A DNA stretch of 49,404 nucleotides. It comes from an uncultured Bacteroides sp. GTDB taxonomy: Bacteria; Bacteroidota; Bacteroidia; Bacteroidales; SM23-62. The position numbers and the translations under genes were made by a program. Below the pieces are notes generated by a model that saw nothing but the letters and a program-made list of their open reading frames with translations, did no database searches and was not told the origin of the DNA. Positions 35,720 to 44,000 of the stretch are shown here, one piece after another; position 1 is the stretch's first letter, and the number at the start of each line of letters is the position of its first letter. Where the stretch lies: NCBI GenBank assembly GCA_964477295.1, contig CAYZEZ010000001.1, positions 1 through 49,404 of the forward strand, given 5' to 3'.

Positions 35720-35725
35720 TCAATT

Positions 35726-36664
35726 CTAAAAGCTATCTACCTCAACATAAGCCTTAATCAATGCCTCCTCGCCTTCTTTTCCTTCGATGGAATTTCCATG
35801 TTCCATTCCCAGTATCCCATTGAATCCTTTATCGTGGATGTGTTTGAAGACATTTTTATAATTGATTTCCCCGGTGGTTGGTTCCTTCCTTCCGGGGTTA
35901 TCACCCATCTGGAAATAGGCAATTTCCTCCCAGGCCATGTCGATATTCGGGATCAGATTACCTGCCTGGATCTGCTGGTGATACAGATCGTCGAGGATTT
36001 TGCATGATGGGCTTCCGACTGCCTTGCAGATCTGGAAGGCCTGTGGGATCGTTTTCAGGAAGAGGCCGGGATGATCATGAAAATTAAGCGGCTCGAGTAC
36101 CATGATAAGGTTATGTGGTTCCAGGATATCAGAGGCTCTCCTGAGTGCATCAACCACATTTTGTGTCTGATAATCCTTATCCTTCCTTAGGTCGACAAAT
36201 CCAGGTACCACGGTCATCCAGGTGGCATTGACCCGCTTGGCTACTTCAACAGATTCTTCTATATGGATCAGAAATTCCTTTAAGAGATCTTTGTCACCGT
36301 TGGTAAGATTAGGTTTCTGCCAGTAGATCTTATGGGCTACGAAAACCCCCATCTCCATCCCAAGATTTGCCATTTTGCTGGCAATTTTTTCCTGCATTGA
36401 CACCTCCCTGTCTTTCATCCCGTTATCTTCCATGGCGGTAAAACCTGTATCGGCCATGAACTGCAACTGGTCGAGCAGATCCTCTCCTGCACTGTTCTTG
36501 AACATCCCGAAATGAGGTGCATATTTCAGTTTAAACCCGTGTTTGTCTGCAGAGGATTTCATTCCCTGCTGATCACGATCTGCAGCATAAGCCGTTGAAC
36601 CGGTAAACAGGGCAGTTGCTCCTGCAGTTAAACCAGCATTTCTTAAAAAATTTCTTCTGTCCAT
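35726..36664 (-). CDS. TAT-exported xylose-isomerase-like TIM-barrel protein (sugar phosphate isomerase/epimerase family)
   Basis: The twin-arginine signal is MDRRNFLRNAGLTAGATALFTGSTAYA. The barrel shows MVLEPLN and GMEHGN type metal-ligand contexts. Confidence 0.8.
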   Translation of the reverse strand: MDRRNFLRNAGLTAGATALFTGSTAYAADRDQQGMKSSADKHGFKLKYAPHFGMFKNSAGEDLLDQLQFMADTGFTAMEDNGMKDREVSMQEKIASKMANLGMEMGVFVAHKIYWQKPNLTNGDKDLLKEFLIHIEESVEVAKRVNATWMTVVPGFVDLRKDKDYQTQNVVDALRRASDILEPHNLIMVLEPLNFHDHPGLFLKTIPQAFQICKAVGSPSCKILDDLYHQQIQAGNLIPNIDMAWEEIAYFQMGDNPGRKEPTTGEINYKNVFKHIHDKGFNGILGMEHGNSIEGKEGEEALIKAYVEVDSF

Positions 36665-36757
36665 ATTGGTTATTTTGAGTTAAGATGCATTTGATTGCTC
36701 TAAATTTAAATATTTGATATTTCTTTACATCCATAATTTGATTTTTTTTACGGAATC

Positions 36758-37513
36758 GTGTCGGATATCCTGCAATCATATAACTTGTCTGAAGTCCACT
36801 GGATAATTGCTCTTCTCTGTGCGGTTATGATCGGTATGTCGAAAACAGGCATTTCAGGATTAGGACTGGCCGTGGTTCCTATCCTGGCTGCTATATTCGG
36901 AGGGAAACCTTCAGTAGGGCTTCTCCTGCCCATTCTGGTATTTGCAGATATTTTTGCTGTCGTCTATTATCACAGGCATGCCGAATGGAAACATATTATA
37001 AGGTTAATGCCCTGGGCTATTACAGGGATCCTGATTGGGCTGTTAGTGGGTCATCATGTGTCGGATAAATTGTTTAAGCATTTAATTGGGGTAGTGGTTA
37101 TTGTTGGCATAGGTCTTATGATATGGCAGGATTTGCGAAAAAAGCAAGTCAGGATACCCGACCATTGGGTGTTCCCGGCTCTACTCGGATTATCAGGAGG
37201 ATTTGCTACTATGATCGGTAATGCTGCCGGTCCTATCCTGATCATGTATCTGTTGTCGATGCGTCTTCCGAAAAATCAGTTTATCGGGACCGGTGCGTGG
37301 TTTTTCTTTATTGTTAATTTGTTGAAAGTTCCCTTACATATAATGGTATGGGAAACGATTAACTGGAAATCTTTTCTTTTTGATGTATTAATGATACCGG
37401 GAATTATCGGAGGGGTTTTTTTAGGTATTTACCTGGTTAAATTATTCCCGGAGCGTGCATACAGGATCTTTATTATTGGTACAACCCTGGTTGCCGCTTT
37501 CTTATTGTTCTGA
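36758..37513 (+). CDS. TauE/SafE-family (sulfite exporter-like) membrane protein
   Basis: It is a 251-aa polytopic protein with a duplicated 4-TM pattern (GMSKTGISGLG, GGFATMIGNAAGP). The start is GTG. Confidence 0.75.
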   Translation: MSDILQSYNLSEVHWIIALLCAVMIGMSKTGISGLGLAVVPILAAIFGGKPSVGLLLPILVFADIFAVVYYHRHAEWKHIIRLMPWAITGILIGLLVGHHVSDKLFKHLIGVVVIVGIGLMIWQDLRKKQVRIPDHWVFPALLGLSGGFATMIGNAAGPILIMYLLSMRLPKNQFIGTGAWFFFIVNLLKVPLHIMVWETINWKSFLFDVLMIPGIIGGVFLGIYLVKLFPERAYRIFIIGTTLVAAFLLF

Positions 37514-37570
37514 ACGCATGATTAAACAGGTATCAACAGGTCGAGATCAATCCCGGAATAGTTCTTTTTG

Positions 37571-37942
37571 TCAGGCTTCTTTGAGTAAATCTGAAACCGC
37601 CGTTTTGAATTCCTTCTGGTTAAAAGGCTTATGAAACACCCTGGAAGCTCCAAAGTGGGTAGCGCAATTCAGCAACCCATCCATGTTGAATTTTCCACCA
37701 CCTGAAATGGCAATAATTTTCAGACCGGGAGCATTTTTCTTTAATTCCATAATGGTTTCCAGGCCTTCCTTCTCAGGCATAATAATGTCGGTGATTAAAA
37801 GATCCGGCATTTGATGTTTGCACAAATTCATCCCTTCCCTTCCATTCAGAGCCAGATCAACCTCATGGCCTTCTTTCTCAAGAAGTTTCTTGATCATTAG
37901 AAGGATAGAAGGCTCATCATCTATAACAAGGATGTTTGCCAT
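37571..37942 (-). CDS. Stand-alone CheY-like response regulator receiver
   Basis: ILVIDDE, LLITDIIMPEKEG (phospho-acceptor Asp) and KIIAISGGG are present. There is no output domain. The start is 9 nt after the kinase stop. Confidence 0.9.
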   Translation of the reverse strand: MANILVIDDEPSILLMIKKLLEKEGHEVDLALNGREGMNLCKHQMPDLLITDIIMPEKEGLETIMELKKNAPGLKIIAISGGGKFNMDGLLNCATHFGASRVFHKPFNQKEFKTAVSDLLKEA

Positions 37943-37951
37943 AATTATTAG

Positions 37952-39931
37952 TTAATTTTTATGATCATCCAGCACCCTGCGGATCACCTTACTGAAGTCA
38001 CTCAGGATGATCGGTTTATATATTATTTCTGAAATCCCGTTTTTTGTGTCCAGTATATCCTTAAAAGTCTCTGAATAACCTGTAATGATAATGATCTTTA
38101 ATCCGGGCCTGATCTCCTTCATTTTTGCAGCGAGCTCAGTTCCAAGCATTTTAGGCATAGCCTGGTCGGTAACAAGAAGATCATACTTAGAGGGATTGGT
38201 CTTGAATTCTTTCAGGGCAGATTGACTGTTTGACCTTATGTCGACACTGTATCCCAGGCTTTCCAGCATTTTCTTCCCCATGTAAGTGATTTCCTTCTCG
38301 TCATCTACAAATAATATGTGTTCACTTCCCCTTGATAATTTTTCGTTGGTTTCATTCACCTGGTGGGTAGTCTCACTGTACTGTGGAAGATATATGGTGA
38401 AGGTACTTCCTTTCCCGGGTGTGCTTTCAACCGCTATTGCACCACCATAATTGCTAACTATTCCGTGAACCACAGATAATCCCAGGCCTGAACCTTTGCC
38501 TACTTCCTTCTTGGTAAAAAAGGGTTCAAATATTCTTTCCTGGGTCTTTTTATCCATACCATGCCCGGTATCGGAGATCACAAGCTTGAGGTAGTTCCCT
38601 TTCTTCAGGTGTGGGAATTGGCTAAGGAGTTTAGTATTAAGGCCCACAGCCTGAAGATCAACACTCAATACTCCCCCTGTTTGTGTCATGGCATGGTAAG
38701 CATTGGTGCATAAATTCATGATGATCTGGTGCATGTGTGTTGCATCAGCCAGGATTGTGCCACTGTTCCGGTTAAGGTTATGCTTTATTTCTATTGTTTT
38801 AGGCAATGAGGCCCTTACCAGGTTAAGTGCTTCTTTAACCACCAGGTTCATCTGAATTGGATTTTTATCAAAATCCACTTCGCGGCTGAAGGTTAATATT
38901 TGCTGTACAAGATCTTTCCCCCTGATAGCAGCGTTATTGATCTGTTCAACATCATACCGTAACGTACTTTCCAGCGGCAATTCCTCGAGTGCCATTTCGG
39001 TATAACCCATAATAGGAGTAAGAATATTGTTGAAATCATGTGCAATACCACCGGCGAGGGTACCGATAGTCTCCATCTTCTGAAGCTGGAAAAGCTGAGC
39101 TTCCAGGTCGGCCCTTTCCCGTTCGTACTGTTTCCGCATATCAATCTCCTTTTTGAGGTCACGGTTTGCATCGGTTAATTGTTCTGTTCTCTCTTCAACC
39201 CGAAGCTCCAGTTCATTATTGGCAGCTTTTACTTTTTCCTGCTCGGTTTGCAACAGTTTCCTGAGAAAGAAATCCTTTCTTGCAGATAACTCAAGAAAAT
39301 AGGCGATAAACATGCCAATCACATTGGCGCTGATAAAGAAATAATTAGTATTAACCATCACCTCAACAGGGGTTTCGGTTAACCAAATGGCGGCTAATTC
39401 ATATGTGATCACAATCGACCAGCCGGCAATGGTCGCATAGATAAAGCGGGCCCTGATAAAAGTATATCCGAAAATAAAGATCAACAGTAATCCTGCATAA
39501 TAGGAATAATCATTGACAAGTCTTGCAGCAAAGATGAACATGACAATAATCCCGAATCCGGTGAGATACATAATACAGGTCAGAACTACCTGCATGTATT
39601 TTTTAAAAGATTTGGAATAGGAATACAAAAAAACAGCCAGCAGGCAGGGATAAATTACTGCGAACCTGATAAACCAGAAAATATTCTTCAGTTCCGGAAT
39701 GGAAATGGCATCAAGTATGGCAAATATACCATAGAAGAATAAAGCAAGTATGATAGAAAAACGAAATGGATTCAGTGATTTCTGGAAATAATCATCCAGG
39801 AACTCTTTTTCGTATTGTTTGAGATTTCCTTTAAACGCAAGGGTCACCCTGTTGAATTTCCAGGATTCCTGTGGAACAGATGGAAATCCAAGCAGGCTCT
39901 TTCCAGCATTTTTTAGTAATTTCGAAAGCAT
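37952..39931 (-). CDS. Hybrid sensor histidine kinase with a six-TM membrane-embedded sensor, coiled coil, HisKA, HATPase_c and C-terminal receiver
   Basis: There are six hydrophobic segments between about aa 55 and 230. The H-box is GGIAHDFNNILTPI. The G-boxes are DTGHGM and GSGLGLS. The receiver is ILFVDDE...LLVTDQAMPKM. Confidence 0.9.
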   Translation of the reverse strand: MLSKLLKNAGKSLLGFPSVPQESWKFNRVTLAFKGNLKQYEKEFLDDYFQKSLNPFRFSIILALFFYGIFAILDAISIPELKNIFWFIRFAVIYPCLLAVFLYSYSKSFKKYMQVVLTCIMYLTGFGIIVMFIFAARLVNDYSYYAGLLLIFIFGYTFIRARFIYATIAGWSIVITYELAAIWLTETPVEVMVNTNYFFISANVIGMFIAYFLELSARKDFFLRKLLQTEQEKVKAANNELELRVEERTEQLTDANRDLKKEIDMRKQYERERADLEAQLFQLQKMETIGTLAGGIAHDFNNILTPIMGYTEMALEELPLESTLRYDVEQINNAAIRGKDLVQQILTFSREVDFDKNPIQMNLVVKEALNLVRASLPKTIEIKHNLNRNSGTILADATHMHQIIMNLCTNAYHAMTQTGGVLSVDLQAVGLNTKLLSQFPHLKKGNYLKLVISDTGHGMDKKTQERIFEPFFTKKEVGKGSGLGLSVVHGIVSNYGGAIAVESTPGKGSTFTIYLPQYSETTHQVNETNEKLSRGSEHILFVDDEKEITYMGKKMLESLGYSVDIRSNSQSALKEFKTNPSKYDLLVTDQAMPKMLGTELAAKMKEIRPGLKIIIITGYSETFKDILDTKNGISEIIYKPIILSDFSKVIRRVLDDHKN

Positions 39932-39956
39932 CTATGATATTAGTTAACTAATTGTA

Positions 39957-40862
39957 TTATAAATGGTTATTAGATCTGATCTTAAGAAATAGATTAATGC
40001 CTAGGGGTTCTTCTTCTATCGTAACATATTCATCATTTGCCCCTGATTGTCTCGCTATGCGCCACAGGTCGTCCACCGACCTGTGATTGAGGTACCAGTC
40101 AGATAAAACTTCCATTAAATTCTTTGTTGGATTGATATCGCTGAAATTACCGATGATAAATATTCCTTCTTTGTTCAACGACGAAGAATATTTTTTTACC
40201 AGGTATAAAAAATGTTTTTCCTTAAAATAGTCAAACAATCCTGAACTCCAGATCAGATCATACGTTTTATAAGGCTTGAAGCGCAACACATTGATGCGGT
40301 TGTAATGGATGCTTCCATTGAAGCCTTCGTTTTGTTTTCTTGCATAATCGATGGCATTTTGATCAAAATCGATAAGGTCGAAGGTTATGTCAGCATCAGG
40401 ATATTTGTTTAAAAGTTCATTAACGTCAGTGGCTGGTCCTGAGCCCAGGATAAGAACTTTCGGTTTCTGCCTGCCCTCCGTTAACATCTGTTCACATTCA
40501 TGAATGAAATATTCCTTCCTGTTTCTAACTGCGTGCGCTGCTGGTTGGTTTTGAAAAAACAGATCCCAGTTCCGGTACCTGATATCTTTATTTATCCTGA
40601 ACTTGTATATACTGTCGATGATCATAAAATCTCCCGGGTAACCAAAAGGTTTAACAAATCCATGTCCGATAAGGGTATTCTCATTCAATGATTCCTTTAT
40701 TATCTCTCTGAAATGATCAATAAGATGTGAGTCAAGATTATCAACAATGTTTGTAAATTTCTCATAATCTTGCATATCCGGACCGCCATTCCGGACAAGA
40801 TACCTGAGAAATGAGAGTGTCCCTTCGCTGAGTTGATTCTTTATGAGATTGGTATAATTCAT
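39957..40862 (-). CDS. Class I SAM-dependent methyltransferase with a PhcB-like N-terminal extension
   Basis: The Rossmann motifs are VLILGSGPATD, LIDFDQNAIDYA and YDLIWSSGLFDYF. The N-terminal ~125 aa contain GYPGDFMIIDSIY and AAHAVRNRK. The PhcB-family assignment is from memory of the family signature and was not searched. Confidence 0.65.
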   Translation of the reverse strand: MNYTNLIKNQLSEGTLSFLRYLVRNGGPDMQDYEKFTNIVDNLDSHLIDHFREIIKESLNENTLIGHGFVKPFGYPGDFMIIDSIYKFRINKDIRYRNWDLFFQNQPAAHAVRNRKEYFIHECEQMLTEGRQKPKVLILGSGPATDVNELLNKYPDADITFDLIDFDQNAIDYARKQNEGFNGSIHYNRINVLRFKPYKTYDLIWSSGLFDYFKEKHFLYLVKKYSSSLNKEGIFIIGNFSDINPTKNLMEVLSDWYLNHRSVDDLWRIARQSGANDEYVTIEEEPLGINLFLKIRSNNHL

Positions 40863-41049
40863 GGGATATGTGAATGTATTTAGTACTGAAATTTGTGGAA
40901 AAAATGGTTTTTCACCAATCTAAATGTACGGGTACTGGCATGTAAATTCAATGGTTTGGTAATAATATGCATTACCGTAAAGCGGTGATATTAATCACCA
41001 TTGCAACAGGCAGGAATTTGCTTTGAAAGGTACTGATATGGAATGATCC

Positions 41050-44000
41050 TTATTGAATAATCAAGCGTTGATAGTAACAATTGTCATCCGATTGTATTCG
41101 CAGGTTGTATATACCTGCCGGCAGGCCGGAAATATCCATCTCATGTACTTCTCCGGGCTGCAGGTCTCCTTTCCTCAGGATTAGTATCCATCTTCCCTGA
41201 ATATCTGTCAATGAAATTATAGGATTCTTAATTATCTGATTGATAGATAAATAAAACTTGTCATATGCAGGGTTGGGATAGATGTTGAATGCGTTATCCC
41301 TTTGGTTGGAGAACATGGGTTGGATGGAAGTGGTATTTACATATTCTTCGGAAAAACCTGAACAGCCTTCCTGGGTGATCCCTTCCAGCATATAGATTCC
41401 TCCGCCCTGCATGTAATAAACATCAGCCGTTGCGCCTGCAATGGGTTCGCCATTCATATACCACTGCAACTCGAATACGTCGCCGGTTATACTGGCCCTG
41501 AGTGTAGTGTCATTTTCCGGAATAATATTAACTCCACCAGGAATAGCTTTACCACTGACGTTAACAGTATCGCGTGCTTTACAACCATATTGATCTGTAA
41601 TTTCAAGAATATAATCATAATTGGTATTTGCACTCATCGGGGCGGGACAATATTGCAGGCCATCATATCTTGAGTCGTTCCAGTCATACCAGGCGTAACC
41701 CGGCCCGCCGTCCAGGATGGCAGTATCGTTGGCACAGTTAGAAATATCGGGACCCAGGTCGACTTCAGGGACAGCAATCATAACATTCACAGTATCTTTA
41801 TACTGGTTGCCCTGGATATCGACCGTGACCCTGAATTCCCTTTCGCCTCCGCCATAATTTGTTGAAACCAGGTTAAAAGTTTGCCCGGTGGAATCATTCG
41901 ACCATGAGTAGCTGTCAAATCCTTCGCCGGCATCAACGATCATGGATTCCCCGTAACAGACAGATGTATCAGCAAATGGCACCTGGTAAAGTGCATTTTC
42001 GAATTCAATGGCCCCTATATCGGGATCCGGGAATCGGTTTACACCGTTGATATCATAAGGGGCCTCACTGAAATATTTCCCGGTGTTTTTCAGGAACGGG
42101 CTGGTGGGAATAAAGGATTGAAGGTCTTCATATACCGGGTCTGCTTCGAAAGAAGTAGGATCCATTTTGTCGAATGCTACCTCCCAATCATACAGGTCGT
42201 CTATATAGTAGACATTATGCATAAGGGCCAATCCGGCAGTGTCTCCTACGTCAAAACCTGTATTCCCTGTGGTTGCATGAAAAATGTTATTGGCAATTGT
42301 CCCGTTGCAACTCAGAATATGAATCGGGGTGACGTCAGAATACACTGTATTGTGAAGTACCAGGAGGCTATCTGAACTCAGAAGTTGGATCGGAAAACTT
42401 GCAGTCTGGGCATGCATATCAAAAATGTTGTTCATAACAGTAGGTTCATAAACTTCTCCCTTGCCGGTATTCTGAATATGTATGCCCTGGTTGATTCCTC
42501 CGGAGCCTGCAAATTCGGGGGTTGAATAGAACCGGTTACTGTTAATAGAGATTTCCTTGGCAAGATCAACGTAGATACCTGCGTTAGACTGGTTCCGGAA
42601 TTCATTCCGGCTAATATTGACTTTATTGTGATATTTCAAATAAGTCTCGGATATTATGTTTATTCCATTCCATCCATTGTGAAAATAATTTCCTTCAATG
42701 GCCAACTCTGTATTCCGGTAATCTTCAGAAGAAATCAGGTCTCCATATAAAGAAAATGAACTCTTGGCGGTCAGGAAATAATTCCCGGTAAAGGCAATAT
42801 CAACACATGAATCGGTAAGCAGTATGATCCCCTGGTATTTTTCGGTCCTTTCAGAGCTGAACCCGAGGTTTTTGAAATGGAGGTGTTTTGCTCCGCTGAG
42901 ATGATATACATAATCTTTTTGTAGTGTCTGGTTATGGTATGAGATCCATGTATCCGAGCTGTCGCCGGATGATGAAGTTAATGTGAGCGGATGAGCGGAT
43001 GTAGCTCCTGGTACCGGGAAAATGACCAGTTGTTCTTCATGTTCTTCGGGTTCAAGGAGCAGGTTTGTAATGCTGTCGATATGAAGCATATATACATGGT
43101 TGAGTGCATCAGAAACGGATTCAAAATCAGCTGTGCCTGAGCTGCCTATGATATAATCACCTCTCATAGCCCCTGGGTAATCAAACTCATCGGCCCCGAT
43201 ATCCGGGTGGGTGGCATTCCTGGACTGGCCGTCGATGTCGCCGTTGACATCGGTCAGGGGTGTTCCTGCGCTGTCGAGGTCAGCAGAAAGGGTATGAAGG
43301 TCCGTCATACCAAAAAATCCGGAAATAGAAGAAATGGAATGCTGGTCAACACCGACGCTATCGATCCATTCCTGGATTGTAGTTGGTTTGTTGGCACCGT
43401 TTTGGATGAGGTAATCACCTGTGCCATAATAATTGTTGTAATCGCAATCCGGAACAGGAGTATAAGCATAGTTCGCAGCAATCCCACCGGCCAGGTTTAC
43501 AAAACTATTATTGTATACCTGAAAAGTATTTTGGTCCACCGAAAAGGGACTTCCACTTGTTCCATAAGACAGAAAAGTATTATTAAAAATCTTCATTTTT
43601 CCTGATGAACTGGAGTAAAAACACGTATTACCACTATTAATAGAAATAAAATTATTTATAACCTGTATCTCGTTATTAATGCTCCCGCCGGAGCTTGAAT
43701 TGAAACGGATACCATTGGTAGTATAATTGCCACGGTGGTGTTTATAAAGTTTATTCCCTTTAATTCTGGTTATATCGTTTACGTAATAAAGGTGGATCAT
43801 GTCATTCATTTCCGAACTTTCGAGGGTACATTCAATACGGTTTGCCAGGATTTGAGGCGCTGTCATATATTTGAGATGCACGGCCCCATTGTAAAAATCC
43901 TCTATCTCATTGGACCGCAATTCTAATCCTTTTAGGTATAATCCAGGTTGTCCTTCAATATACACAGACCATTTACCTAATCTGAAAAGACTGTGTCTGA

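Noticed and set aside
37514-37570. Possible C-terminal remnant of the truncated GGT gene on the far side of the 32.7-37.5 kb block
   Set aside because: Translations of all three plus frames show nothing resembling the conserved GGT C-terminus, so there is no support for a simple insertion that split GGT.
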